From NCBI GenBank assembly GCA_963740685.1, contig CAVUGA010000017.1, positions 4,627-68,626 on the forward strand: a stretch of 64,000 bases of DNA, read 5' to 3'. Positions 1-9,652 of the stretch are shown piece after piece. How positions within the stretch are numbered: position 1 is the first letter of the stretch; each line of letters opens with the position of its first letter. This DNA comes from an uncultured Solirubrobacterales bacterium. Its GTDB lineage: Bacteria > Actinomycetota > Thermoleophilia > Solirubrobacterales > 70-9. The translations under genes were made by a program, and so were the position numbers. Below the pieces are notes generated by a model. It worked only from the letters and a program-made list of their open reading frames with translations. It was not told where the DNA came from and ran no database searches.

Positions 1-2
1 CC

Positions 3-617
3 GACGCCGCGCGTCCGGTCGCGCGCACACACCGCGACCGCCTCGGCGGCACGGCGGGAAACGAGATCCTCACCGCGGCGATCGGCGCGATCCTCACGAT
101 CCTGCTGATCGCGGAGGGCATCACGATCCTCCGGATGGGCGGGCTGCTCAGCGTCCACATGTTCATCGGGCTTGTGCTGGTGCCGCCCGTCCTGCTCAAG
201 CTCGGCAGCACCGGCTATCGCTTTGCCCGCTACTACACGAAAGCCAGGCCCTACTGCGAGAAGGGCCCGCCCGCTCTGCCGATGCGGCTGCTGGCCCCGG
301 TCCTGGTCGCGATGACGATCGGGGTGCTCGCGACCGGGATCTGGCTGCTCTTGCTCGGCCACAAGTCCGACCAGGTGCTCCTCCTGCACAAGGCCACCTT
401 CATCGTCTGGGGCGCTGTCTTCGGGATCCACTTCCTCGTCTACGCGCCGCGAATGCTCCGCTCCCTCGGGAGCGACTGGAGCGTCGCGAGGCGTCGTTCG
501 GTGCCCGGCTCCGGGCTCCGCGGCATGCTGGTCGCCGCCTCGCTGGGCGCCGGCGTGGCGCTCGCCATCTCGCTGATCAGCTCGATCAGCGGCTACCACG
601 GCGGCGGCGCCGGCTGA
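3..617 (+). CDS. integral membrane protein (5' end outside window)
   Basis: Frame of ORF 135..617 stays open back to the window edge. Several hydrophobic helices: ILTAAIGAILTILLIAEG, FIGLVLVPPVLL, LLAPVLVAMTIGVLATGIWLLLLG, FIVWGAVFGIHFLVYA, MLVAASLGAGVALAISLI. Confidence 0.5.
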   Translation, partial: DAARPVARTHRDRLGGTAGNEILTAAIGAILTILLIAEGITILRMGGLLSVHMFIGLVLVPPVLLKLGSTGYRFARYYTKARPYCEKGPPALPMRLLAPVLVAMTIGVLATGIWLLLLGHKSDQVLLLHKATFIVWGAVFGIHFLVYAPRMLRSLGSDWSVARRRSVPGSGLRGMLVAASLGAGVALAISLISSISGYHGGGAG

Positions 618-671
618 GATCCACGCTCACCCCGTTGCGGTATTCAACCGTTTGGTTAAATACCGGCGCGG

Positions 672-986
672 ATGACGCAAGCCCAGCTCGACAGGACCTT
701 CGCCGCCCTCGCCGACCCGACCCGGCGGGCGATCCTGAAGCGGCTTGCCTCGGGCGACGCGACGGTGAGCGAGCTGGCTGAGCCCTTCCCCGTCAGCGTC
801 CAGGCGGTCTCCAAGCATCTCAAGGTCCTCGAGGGCGCCGGACTGATCACCCGCGGGCGCAGCGGACAGCTCCGCCCCTCGCGAATCGACGGCGCGGCCC
901 TGAGGGAGGCCGCCGAATGGATCGACGGATACAGCAGCTTCTGGGAGCGAGGATTCGAGCGCATGGGGCGGCGTCTCGGTGGCTGA
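672..986 (+). CDS. ArsR/SmtB family transcriptional regulator
   Basis: Winged-HTH signature ADPTRRAILKRLASGDATVSELAEPFPVSVQAVSKHLKVLEGAGLI. Stop overlaps the GTG start of the next gene. Confidence 0.9.
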   Translation: MTQAQLDRTFAALADPTRRAILKRLASGDATVSELAEPFPVSVQAVSKHLKVLEGAGLITRGRSGQLRPSRIDGAALREAAEWIDGYSSFWERGFERMGRRLGG

Positions 987-1446
987 CAAGCCGGACATCG
1001 ACATGATTTGGACCTTCGACGCCGCGCGCAACGAGGTCTGGCGCGAGTGGACCGAGCCCGAGCGCTTCGCCGACTGGTACGGCGGCCCCGAGTACAAGAT
1101 CGCCCTCGACGAGATCACCATGGACGTCCGCGAGGGCGGCAAGTGGACCGCCGTGATGCGCGGCCCCTAGGACCACGTGATCCACTGGAACGGGGAGTAC
1201 ATCGAGGTGAGCGAGCCGGAGAAGCTCGCTTTCACCGTCTCCGATCAGCCCGGCGAGGACGTCTATGACCTCTGCACCGTCGAGCTCACCGACCTCGGCG
1301 GCACGCGCACCGAGATGCGCTTCACCCAGTCAGGCGGCCACATGCCGGCCGAGGCATACCGCCGCGCCCAGGAGGGCTGGTCCGGCTTCTTCGAGCGGAT
1401 CGCCGAACGACTTGCGGATGCAAACCAAACAGGAGGGAACCAATGA
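979..1446 (+). pseudogene. SRPBCC / Aha1-like domain protein interrupted by in-frame TAG (1168..1170)
   Basis: ORFs 979..1170 and 1177..1446 share one frame and read through as a single AHSA1/SRPBCC-type sequence (..GGKWTAVMRGP*DHVIHWNGEYIEVSEPEKLAFTV..). Confidence 0.75.
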
Positions 1447-2021
1447 GTGGGAGGATCGTCGTCACCGAGTTCATGACCATCGACGGGGTCATCCAGGACC
1501 CCGGCGGCAGCGGCGAGTACGAGCGCGGCGGCTGGAGCTTCGAGTACAACCGCGGCGACGAGGGCGACAAGTTCAAGTTCGACGAGCTGACGGCCGCCGA
1601 CTCCCAGCTGCTCGGCCGGATCACCTACGAGGGCTTCGCCGCGGCCTGGCCGACGATGAAGGACGACGTCGGCTTCGCGGACAGGATGAACTCGATGCGC
1701 AAATACGTGGTCTCAACCACGATCAAGGATCCGGAGTGGGAGAACACGACCGTGATCTCCGAGAACGTCCCGGAGGAGGTCGCCAAGCTGAAGGATCAGC
1801 ACGAGGGCGACATCCTGATCGCCGGCAGCGCGAAGCTGATCGAGACGCTGATCGAGAACGACCTGGTCGACGAGTGGCGGCTGATGGTCTTTCCGACCAT
1901 CCTCGGCGAGGGCAAGCGGCTCTTCCCCGCTGGAGGGATCGACCGCCGCAAGCTCAAGCTGACCGACGACAAGGCCCTCGGGCCGGACGGGATCCGGCTG
2001 CTCACATACGAGAAGGCCTAG
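1443..2021 (+). CDS. dihydrofolate reductase family protein (RibD C-terminal domain-like)
   Basis: VVTEFMTIDGVIQDPGG..GGWSFEY..GRITYEGFAAAWP..ILIAGSAKL. GGAGGG Shine-Dalgarno before ATG 1443. Confidence 0.85.
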   Translation: MSGRIVVTEFMTIDGVIQDPGGSGEYERGGWSFEYNRGDEGDKFKFDELTAADSQLLGRITYEGFAAAWPTMKDDVGFADRMNSMRKYVVSTTIKDPEWENTTVISENVPEEVAKLKDQHEGDILIAGSAKLIETLIENDLVDEWRLMVFPTILGEGKRLFPAGGIDRRKLKLTDDKALGPDGIRLLTYEKA

Positions 2022-2476
2022 AGCTTGACCTCGACGCGATGGTCGTGCTCGTCCAGCACGTACACCGCCTCCGCCGTCCCCTGGAAGAGGCGGTGACGTG
2101 CCGGCGGGCTGACGTCCTCCTCGCTGTAGGCGCTTCCGCCATGACCGACTGAGCGACGCGAGAAGACCTCGATCCCTTCGGCCGCCTCGTGGGCTGGCAC
2201 CTCGTGTGCGACCCCCGAGACGTAGACGCCCCGGCCCGTGTTGATCGGCACGGTCGAGTCGAAGATGACGATCCCGACCTCCCGCCGGTCGCGCAGGTTC
2301 ACCGAGTGCGTTGCATCCGGTTCCGAGATCCAGAAGTACTCACGGTAGTCGCGGTGAGCGAAATAGACGGGCGTGGCCCACGGCTGGCCGCTCAGGTCAG
2401 CGGTGGCCACCACCATGTAGAGGTTGCGGTCGACGATCTCCCTCGCGGCCTGAGCCTCCTCTGCTTCCGCAGCCAT
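2018..2476 (-). CDS. pyridoxamine 5'-phosphate oxidase family protein
   Basis: PNPOx-like split-barrel sequence (LYMVVATADLSGQPWATPVYF..EYFWISEPDATHSVNL). Convergent 4-nt overlap with previous gene. Confidence 0.75.
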   Translation of the reverse strand: MAAEAEEAQAAREIVDRNLYMVVATADLSGQPWATPVYFAHRDYREYFWISEPDATHSVNLRDRREVGIVIFDSTVPINTGRGVYVSGVAHEVPAHEAAEGIEVFSRRSVGHGGSAYSEEDVSPPARHRLFQGTAEAVYVLDEHDHRVEVKL

Positions 2477-2530
2477 GGCGGCAGTTTCGCCGAGCGGACG
2501 CCTTCGCGCAACCGCGACAGGCTGTTGCGT

Positions 2531-3352
2531 TCACACCTCGACGGGCGCATCCGGCTGGTGGCCCCAGTGGCTCCAGGAGCCGTAGTAGACGGCCACGTCC
2601 GGATAGCCCAGCTCATGATTGAGGACGAAGGCGACCTGGCTCGCGCGGTTTCCGATCGTGCAGTACGTGATCACCTTCTTGTCCGGCGTCACCCCCGCCT
2701 CTTCGTAGACGGCGCGTAGCCGCTCTCGGTCGGTCGGGGTGCCGGCCTCGTCGGTCAGCACGGACACCGGCACGTGGACCGCCCCGGGAACGTGTCCCGC
2801 GCGGCCCACATCCTCGGTGGCGCCAGACGGCCAGAACCGCTCGCCGCTGAACTCCTCCGGCGAGCGAACGTCGAGAATCACCGTGTCGGGGTCGCCGATC
2901 GCCTCCTGCACCTCGGCCATCGATGCGAGCAGGCCGACGTGCCCGCCCTCGCTCACATAGGAGGTGGGGTCCGGCTCCGGAACCTCGGCGCTCCATTCGC
3001 GGCCGTCGCCCTCCCACTGCTCGCGCGGGCTGTCCATCACCCGCATCCGCTCGTGGCCGTGGCGATCCATCAGCCAGTACCCAAGCAGCGGCGCGTAGCC
3101 GTAGAAGACGATGGTCGTGTCGGGTGTCAATCCACTCCTGGCGAGCACGGCCTCGAACTCGGCCTTGTCGATCGGAGTGAAGTCCGGGTGGCGCAGATCC
3201 TTATAGGCATCCCAGAGAATCGCGCCCGGGATGTGGCCCTCGTCGTAGGCCGCGCTGCTCACATCCACCTCGACCACCCGCACATCCTGGTCGTCCAGAT
3301 GTGCCGCGACCCAATCGGCATCGACCAGGACCGAGCTCTCCATGCGCCGCAT
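2531..3352 (-). CDS. thiosulfate/3-mercaptopyruvate sulfurtransferase (tandem rhodanese domains)
   Basis: Two rhodanese domains. Active-site loop YCTIGNRAS (CxxGxR). Start may be the second ATG (MESSVL). Confidence 0.85.
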   Translation of the reverse strand: MRRMESSVLVDADWVAAHLDDQDVRVVEVDVSSAAYDEGHIPGAILWDAYKDLRHPDFTPIDKAEFEAVLARSGLTPDTTIVFYGYAPLLGYWLMDRHGHERMRVMDSPREQWEGDGREWSAEVPEPDPTSYVSEGGHVGLLASMAEVQEAIGDPDTVILDVRSPEEFSGERFWPSGATEDVGRAGHVPGAVHVPVSVLTDEAGTPTDRERLRAVYEEAGVTPDKKVITYCTIGNRASQVAFVLNHELGYPDVAVYYGSWSHWGHQPDAPVEV

Positions 3353-3424
3353 TATCTCGGTCCGGGCTTAGAACCGTGAAATAGGCTCCCTCTCATCCAG
3401 GTTCGGCACCTCAACTGCGGAACG

Positions 3425-4225
3425 ATGTGCCCGAGGGGGGCGCGCCTTCTCGCCGGCCAAGGCGGCCTGCTCGAGAGGACCGAGGTCGTCGCCCACTGCC
3501 TGCTGGTCGAGGCCGGAGGCGACCTCGTGCTGGTCGACACCGGGTTCGGGCTCGGCGACTGCTCGAACCCAAGGCGCCTCGGCCAGCCCTTCCGCGCCCT
3601 GGTAGCCCCGATCTGCGATGAGTCCGAGTCGGCGATCAGGCAGATCGAGGCACTCGGGCACGACCCTGCCGACGTACGCCACATCATCACCACCCACCTC
3701 GACGTCGATCACGCCGGAGGCCTCGGCGACTTCCCCGAGGCGCAGGTGCACGTCTTCGGAGCGGAGCTGGCGGCCGCGAAGTCGCCGCCCCTGATGGAGC
3801 GCGCCCGCTACGTCGAGGCGCAGTGGGCGCACGGCCCGATCTGGGTCGAGCACGGCGCCGGCGGCGACAGCTGGTTCGGCTTCGAGAGCATCCGCCTGCT
3901 CCCGGATCTCGACGCCGAGATCGCGATGATCCCTCTCCCCGGGCACACGGCCGGGCACTGCGGCGTCGCCGTCAACACCTCCGACGGCTGGCTCCTGCAC
4001 TGTGGCGATGCCTTCTTCTTCCACGGCGAGATCGAGACGCCGGGTCGCTGCCCCCCGGGCCTGCGCCTCTTCGAGACGATCAACCAGCACGACGGCAAGG
4101 CGCGCCACCGAAACCTGGAGCGCCTACGAGAGCTCCGGCGAGTTCACGGCGACGAGGTCACGCTGGTCTGCTCGCACGACCAGCAGATGCTCGAGGCCGC
4201 GCAGCGGATGCCGGCGGCCGCCTGA
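3425..4225 (+). CDS. MBL-fold metallo-hydrolase
   Basis: HxHxDH motif (ITTHLDVDHAGG), later PLPGHTAGH and CGD. Confidence 0.8.
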   Translation: MCPRGARLLAGQGGLLERTEVVAHCLLVEAGGDLVLVDTGFGLGDCSNPRRLGQPFRALVAPICDESESAIRQIEALGHDPADVRHIITTHLDVDHAGGLGDFPEAQVHVFGAELAAAKSPPLMERARYVEAQWAHGPIWVEHGAGGDSWFGFESIRLLPDLDAEIAMIPLPGHTAGHCGVAVNTSDGWLLHCGDAFFFHGEIETPGRCPPGLRLFETINQHDGKARHRNLERLRELRRVHGDEVTLVCSHDQQMLEAAQRMPAAA

Positions 4226-4285
4226 TCGATTAGTTATCTCCCCTCCCTCGGTCTAGTGGGAAAAGAGGGACAGAAGGAGGTCGAG

Positions 4286-4855
4286 ATGGGCAAGCTGGTG
4301 GTTACGGAATTCATTTCGGTCGACGGGGTCTTCGAGGATCCGGGCGGCGCCGAGGACTACGAGCATGGCGGCTGGACCTTCGAGTACGACCGCGGCGATG
4401 AGGGCAACAAGTTCAAGATGGACGAGCTGATGGATGCGGAGGTCCAGCTGCTCGGCCGGGCCACTTACGAGGGCTTCGCCGACGCCTGGCCCTCCCGCGA
4501 GGGCTCCTTCGCCGACAAGCTCAACAGCGACCCGAAGTACGTGGTCTCGACCACGCTGAAGGATCCGGAGTGGCAGAACACGACGGTGATCTCCGAGAAC
4601 GTCGCGAACGAGATCTCCGGGCTGAAGGAGCGGACGAACGGCACGATCCTGGTCGCCGGCAGCGCCAAGCTGGTCGCAACCCTGCTCGAGAACGACCTCG
4701 TCGACGAGCTGAGGCTGATGGTCTTCCCGACCGTCCTCGGGAGCGGCAGGCGCCTCTTCCCGGACGGGATCGATCGCCTCAAGCTGGCGCTGACGGAGAC
4801 GCGGACGGTCGGCCCGGACGGCGTCCTCGTGCAGACCTACGAGCGGACCAGGTGA
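4286..4855 (+). CDS. dihydrofolate reductase family protein (paralogue of 1443..2021)
   Basis: MGKLVVTEFISVDGVFEDPGG..GGWTFEY. AAGGAGG 6 nt before ATG 4286. The track ORF starts at GTG 4256. Confidence 0.85.
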   Translation: MGKLVVTEFISVDGVFEDPGGAEDYEHGGWTFEYDRGDEGNKFKMDELMDAEVQLLGRATYEGFADAWPSREGSFADKLNSDPKYVVSTTLKDPEWQNTTVISENVANEISGLKERTNGTILVAGSAKLVATLLENDLVDELRLMVFPTVLGSGRRLFPDGIDRLKLALTETRTVGPDGVLVQTYERTR

Positions 4856-4868
4856 GGAGGGACAGGCG

Positions 4869-5311
4869 ATGGACCAGCCCACGGCGGAGAACGCACTGAA
4901 GGAGCTCGAGCCCCTGGTCGGAGAGTGGTCGCTGGAGGCGATACCTCCGGGCGGCCCTCCCTGGCCGGGCTCCGGCAGCGCCGAATTCGAGTGGATGGAG
5001 GGCGCGCCGTTCCTGATCGAGCGCTCCGCCGCGCCGGATCCGGCACCGGATGGCGTCAGCGTGATCGGCTGCGACGCCGCCAACGGCACCTACTTCCAGC
5101 TCTACTCCGATGAGCGCGGCGTTTGCCGGGTATATGAGATGAGCATCGGCGACGGCGAGTGGAAGCTGTGGCGCGAGGGCGAGCCCTTCGCCCAGCGCTT
5201 CACCGGCCGCTTCAGCGACGACGCAACCGGATCGAGGGCCGCTGGGAGGCTGCGAAGGTCGGGACGAGCTGGGAAACGGACTTCGAACTGAACTTCACGC
5301 GGGTCCGCTAG
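4869..5311 (+). pseudogene. DUF1579-like (lipocalin-like) protein with apparent 1-nt frameshift near 5220..5225
   Basis: Frame 0 reads ..RFTGRFSDD, then turns into Arg/Gly junk. The -1 frame continues NRIEGRWEAAKVGTSWETDFELNFTRVR-stop (TAG 5309..5311), the expected family C-terminus. Confidence 0.6.
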
Positions 5312-5437
5312 GAAGCGCAAGGACGCAGCGCATGTACTAAGTTTTCGTGAGCGAGACGCCTGGGGAGTGCGGATCGCGGTAACGGGAACTGCGATCGGCG
5401 GCGAGCAGCCGCCGGGGAGAGAAAGAGGTACTCACAC

Positions 5438-6649
5438 ATGCGTCTTCGCCACCTGACCATCGCCGGGGCGGTCGTCGCCTCGTCGCTCGCTCTGACGCTA
5501 GTCGCCACGGGCGGCGCCTCGGGCGCTTCACTGCCCAACACGAAGGTGATTCCGGGCGCGTGTGCGCTCGATCTGCGCGCCAACCACTCGCACTGCGACC
5601 TCAACCTGATCGCGACGCTCAAGGGCGAGGCCAAGGCCGCTGCGGCGCCGACCGCGGGCTACGGCCCGGCCGACCTGAAGAGCGCCTACGGGCTGCCGTC
5701 GAGCGGCGGCGCCGGCCAAACGGTCGCGATCGTCGACGCCTTCGGCGACAACACCGCCGAGGCCGACCTCGCGACCTACCGCTCCAACCACGGCCTGCCG
5801 GCGTGCACCACCGCCAACGGCTGCTTCAAGAAGGTCAACCAGAACGGGGTCCAGGGCAGCTACCCGACCAACGACCAGGGCTGGGCGCTCGAGACGCAGC
5901 TCGACCTCGAGATGGTCTCGGCCACCTGCCCCGGCTGCAAGATCCTGCTGGTCGAGGCGACCTCCAACGTCAATGCCAACCTGTACGCGGCGGAGGACAC
6001 CGCGGCCAGGCTGGGCGCCACCGAGATCTCCAACAGCTACGGCGGCGGGGAGGCGAGCTCCGAGACGACGGACGACGCCCACTTCAACCACCCGGGGGCG
6101 GCGATCACAGTCTCCTCCGGCGACAGCGGGTTCGGCGTCGAGTACCCGGCGGCCTCGCGGTACGTGACCTCGGTCGGCGGCACCTCGCTCAGCCACGCAT
6201 CGAATGCGCGCGGCTGGACCGAGACCGCCTGGAACGGCTCGGGGAGCGGCTGCTCGGCATATGAGCCGAAGCCCGCCTGGCAGACCGACTCCGGCTGCGC
6301 CAGGCGCACGGTCGCGGACGTCTCCGCGGTCGCAGACCCGAACACCGGCGTCGCCGTCTACGACAGCAACTGCAACATCGTGGGCCAGATCCTCGGCCAG
6401 TGCTTCAAGGGCTGGGGCGTGGTCGGCGGGACAAGCGCCTCGGCGCCGATCGTCGCCGGCGTATACGGCCTGGCCGGCAACGGCTCGAGCGTGAACTACG
6501 GCTCGTTCCCCTACAGCCACACCGCGTCGCTGTTCGACGTGACGTCGGGGAACAACGGCAGCTGCAGCTCGGCGTACCTCTGCACCTCCGGTGCGGGCTA
6601 CGACGGGCCGACGGGCCTCGGGACCCCGAACGGGACCGGCGCCTTCTAG
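5438..6649 (+). CDS. secreted S53 (sedolisin-type) serine peptidase
   Basis: Signal peptide. GQTVAIVDAFG, WALETQLDLE (Glu/Asp) and GGTSASAP (Ser nucleophile) motifs. Confidence 0.8.
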   Translation: MRLRHLTIAGAVVASSLALTLVATGGASGASLPNTKVIPGACALDLRANHSHCDLNLIATLKGEAKAAAAPTAGYGPADLKSAYGLPSSGGAGQTVAIVDAFGDNTAEADLATYRSNHGLPACTTANGCFKKVNQNGVQGSYPTNDQGWALETQLDLEMVSATCPGCKILLVEATSNVNANLYAAEDTAARLGATEISNSYGGGEASSETTDDAHFNHPGAAITVSSGDSGFGVEYPAASRYVTSVGGTSLSHASNARGWTETAWNGSGSGCSAYEPKPAWQTDSGCARRTVADVSAVADPNTGVAVYDSNCNIVGQILGQCFKGWGVVGGTSASAPIVAGVYGLAGNGSSVNYGSFPYSHTASLFDVTSGNNGSCSSAYLCTSGAGYDGPTGLGTPNGTGAF

Positions 6650-6675
6650 CCGCGCCCGGCAGAAGTTCGACACGC

Positions 6676-6710
6676 GAAGAGGCCCCCGTCAGGGGGCCTC
6701 TTCGTTTGTG
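6676..6710 (+). terminator. intrinsic terminator between convergent genes
   Basis: Perfect 12-bp GC-rich stem GAAGAGGCCCCC / GGGGGCCTCTTC with loop GTCA, followed by GTTTGTG. Confidence 0.7.
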
Positions 6711-6729
6711 CGGGGAGAGAGGCTGAAAC

Positions 6730-8298
6730 CTAGGCGGCTGCCGGCTGCGCCATCCCCTCAGTCTCCTGCCGGGACTCCGTCTCCACCGGCTCGCGCTCGA
6801 TGTCGCGCTCACGAACCAGCCAGAGCACCACGACCGCTCCCGCGATGCAGAGCAGGCCGCCGAGCGTCAGCACGTCGTTGAAGCCGGCGAGGAATCCCTC
6901 CCGGGCCGCGTGCGCGACCGGCGCCTGGGCCTGCGCCGGCACCGAGTGGAGCGCCTGGGGCAGGCTTCCCGACGAGGCCGCCTCGACCAGCTGCCGCGGG
7001 TGATCGCCCCCGGCCGTGGCCGTGCCGGCGGTGAGCTCCCTCACCTTGTTCGCGCCCTGGGCGACGAAGACCGCGCCCCAGACCGCGATGCCGACCGAGA
7101 CGCCGACCTGGCGGAAGGTGTCCATGATGCCGGCCGCCATGCCGCTGCGCTCCTTCGGCACCACGCTGATTGCAACGTCGCCGATCACCGGGTTGAGCAG
7201 ACCGACGCCAACACCCAGAACCAGGAAGCCGCCGAGCAGCGCGGTCCACTCGTCGCTCGCGTTCAGACCGGACATCAGCATCAGCCCCGTGCCGGTGATG
7301 GCGAGCCCCGAGCTCATCAGGACCCGAGCGGGCACCCGGGACAGCAGCAGGCCCGCGACCGGTGCGACGAAGAAGCTGACCATGGTGATCGGCAGGTACC
7401 GCAGCCCAGCCTGCAGTGGCGAGTAGCCGAGGTAGTTCTGGAAATACAGCGTGAAGTACAGGAAGAGCGCGAACGCCGATGCCGAGACCGCGAAGGCCGC
7501 CACCTGGACTCCCGTGAACGAGGGCCGCTTGAACAGACCGAGTGGCAGCATCGGCTCCCGGACCCGGCTCTCGATCGCCACGAAGGCGGCGAGGAGGACA
7601 CCGGAGCCGGCGAACAGGGACACGATCAGCGTGCTCCCCCATCCCTCATCGTTCCCGCGCACCAGCGCGAACACGAGCAGGAAGAGCCCCACGCTGAAAC
7701 TGGCCACGCCGGGCCAGTCGACCCGAGTCGCGTTCGGGTCGCGGCTCTCGCGGATCTTCAGATAGGTGAGAGCGATCCCGGCGATGCCGATCGGAACGTT
7801 GAGGAAGAAGATCGACTGCCAGCCGATCCCGTCCGTGAGCGCGCCGCCCACGAGCGGTCCGATCGCAACGGCCACTCCGATCGTGGCGCCGTAGATGCCC
7901 ATCGCCGTGCCGCGCTCACGGCCGGCTGGGAACTCCTGCGCCACCAGCGCCAGCGAGGTCGCGAACATGACGGCGCCACCGATTCCCTGGATTGCGCGAG
8001 CGATGTTTAGGAAGGTCGGATCGGGCGAGAATCCGCAGAGCAGCGAGGCCAGGGAGAAGATCCCGAGCCCTGCCGCGAAGACTCGCCGCCTGCCGAGCCT
8101 GTCGGCGAGCGAGCCGGCCGTCAGGACCAGCGCGGCCAGCGTGAGTGCGTATGCGTCGACCACCCACTGGAGATCGGTGAAGCTGGCGCCCAGGTCGTTC
8201 CGTATGGACGGCAGCGCCACGTTCACCACAGTGATGTCAAGCAGCAACATGAAGGTCGCCACCGAGACGGTCATCAGGGTCCACCATTTACGAGCCAT
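6730..8298 (-). CDS. MFS transporter, DHA2 (EmrB/QacA, 14-TMS) family
   Basis: LLDITVVNVALPSI, GSLADRLGRRRVF, 14 hydrophobic segments. Confidence 0.9.
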   Translation of the reverse strand: MARKWWTLMTVSVATFMLLLDITVVNVALPSIRNDLGASFTDLQWVVDAYALTLAALVLTAGSLADRLGRRRVFAAGLGIFSLASLLCGFSPDPTFLNIARAIQGIGGAVMFATSLALVAQEFPAGRERGTAMGIYGATIGVAVAIGPLVGGALTDGIGWQSIFFLNVPIGIAGIALTYLKIRESRDPNATRVDWPGVASFSVGLFLLVFALVRGNDEGWGSTLIVSLFAGSGVLLAAFVAIESRVREPMLPLGLFKRPSFTGVQVAAFAVSASAFALFLYFTLYFQNYLGYSPLQAGLRYLPITMVSFFVAPVAGLLLSRVPARVLMSSGLAITGTGLMLMSGLNASDEWTALLGGFLVLGVGVGLLNPVIGDVAISVVPKERSGMAAGIMDTFRQVGVSVGIAVWGAVFVAQGANKVRELTAGTATAGGDHPRQLVEAASSGSLPQALHSVPAQAQAPVAHAAREGFLAGFNDVLTLGGLLCIAGAVVVLWLVRERDIEREPVETESRQETEGMAQPAAA

Positions 8299-8380
8299 GT
8301 CAGCCTCCTGCGACCGTCACACCGGCCGCGTTGCGTTCGTCAGTGCTATGACGGACCCGACTGAGAGGACGTGACAAAAA

Positions 8381-9274
8381 GTGAGCAACGACACACTTCT
8401 GGCCCAGGAGTTCGAAGAGCACCGGCCCCACCTGCAGGCGGTCGCCTACCGGATGCTCGGCTCGACCGGCGAGGCGGATGACGCGGTCCAGGAGGCGTGG
8501 CTTCGCCTCAGCCGAACCGATTCCGATCAGGTCGAGAACCTCCGCGCCTGGCTGACGACCGTCGTCGGCCGGGTCAGCCTCGACATGCTGCGCGCCCGCA
8601 AGGCGCGGCGGGAGGAGCTCGACGGGCCCGATCACATCGAGCCGATCGTCAGCGAGGTCAGCGAAGAGCAGCCGGCCGAGGAGGCCGAGCTGGCTGACTC
8701 CGTCGGACTGGCGATGCTGGTCGTGCTGGAGAACCTCTCCCCCGCCGAGCGCGTCGCGTTCGTACTCCACGACATGTTCGGAGTGCCTTTCAGCGAGATC
8801 GCGGAGATCACCGGGCGCAGCGCGGACGCCGCCCGGCAACTAGCGAGCCGCGCCCGTCGCACGGTTCGGGGCTCGGTGCCGCCGCCCGACCCCGACCTCG
8901 CCGCCCAGCGTCGTGTGGTTGAAGCCTTCCTGGCGGCCTCACGCGCCGGCGACTTCGAGGCGCTCCTGGACGTCCTGGATCCGAACGTGGTGTCGCGCGT
9001 TCACACAGTCGAAGGCGACCGGCGATGGGCACCGCCGGCCATGGGCGCCGAGACCGTCGCCAGGCGAGCACTGGCGCGCGGCCGGCCATTCGCTCCGTAC
9101 GGGCGCCCAGCCATCGTCAATGGCCAGATGGGCGTCGTCGCGGAGATCGAGGGCAGGCGGTTCGCGGTGGTGGCGATGACGATCAGCGATGGCCGAATCG
9201 CAACCGTCGACGTCTTCCTCGATCCGTTCAGCCCGCCGGAGCCGTCAGCTGAGGCCAATCCCCCCGGCGACTGA
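8381..9274 (+). CDS. ECF sigma factor with C-terminal SnoaL-like extension (SigJ/ECF41-like)
   Basis: Region 2 (DDAVQEAWLRL) and region 4 (ERVAFVLHDMFGVPFSEIAEITGRSADAARQLASRAR), plus a roughly 100-aa C-terminal domain. Confidence 0.85.
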   Translation: MSNDTLLAQEFEEHRPHLQAVAYRMLGSTGEADDAVQEAWLRLSRTDSDQVENLRAWLTTVVGRVSLDMLRARKARREELDGPDHIEPIVSEVSEEQPAEEAELADSVGLAMLVVLENLSPAERVAFVLHDMFGVPFSEIAEITGRSADAARQLASRARRTVRGSVPPPDPDLAAQRRVVEAFLAASRAGDFEALLDVLDPNVVSRVHTVEGDRRWAPPAMGAETVARRALARGRPFAPYGRPAIVNGQMGVVAEIEGRRFAVVAMTISDGRIATVDVFLDPFSPPEPSAEANPPGD

Positions 9275-9369
9275 CGCCGTATTTCGAAGTGTGGCTGCCA
9301 GCCCTGCCCTCTGATCCCTCACCCTGGCGGGGCTGGCGGCCGCCTTCGTTGCCGTAGCGTCTTGCTGGC

Positions 9370-9642
9370 GTGACCGAAGACAATTTCCGCGGGGCACGCT
9401 GGTACGCGGTGCGACCGGCGGCGAACCGCAAGCCCGCCACCTATCGCTGCCCGCTCTGCGGGAGCATGCTCCCCGCCCTCAGCGAGCACATGCTGGTCAC
9501 GCCCGAAGGAGACAGCTCTCGCCGCCGCCACGCACACTCCGCCTGCGTGATGGCAGCCCGCAGACAGGGCCGGCTTCCGCTTCGCGAGGAGGTCGAATCG
9601 ACGCCCCCCGGCCTGCTTTCCCGCCTGTTCCGCCGCGGGTAG
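9370..9642 (+). CDS. conserved small protein, putative zinc-binding (CxxC ... HxHxxC)
   Basis: RWYAVRPAANRKPATYRCPLCGSMLPALSEHMLVTPEGDSSRRRHAHSAC. High GC3. Confidence 0.55.
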   Translation: MTEDNFRGARWYAVRPAANRKPATYRCPLCGSMLPALSEHMLVTPEGDSSRRRHAHSACVMAARRQGRLPLREEVESTPPGLLSRLFRRG

Positions 9643-9652
9643 GCTCAGGCAG

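Noticed and set aside
1168-1170. TAG in the SRPBCC gene as a recoded codon (pyrrolysine or programmed read-through).
   Set aside because: No pyl genes or PYLIS-like context are visible, and the lineage is not known for Pyl. A plain nonsense mutation or base-call error is far more likely.
5217-5228. The identical 12-mer GACGACGCAACC at two separate frameshift junctions (5217..5228 and 30539..30550) as a programmed recoding signal.
   Set aside because: There are only two instances, and the required shifts go in opposite directions (-1 versus +1). GAC/GCA/ACC codons are abundant in this genome, so a chance match is plausible. I cannot compute the expectation here. It is mentioned under the 30531 finding for follow-up.
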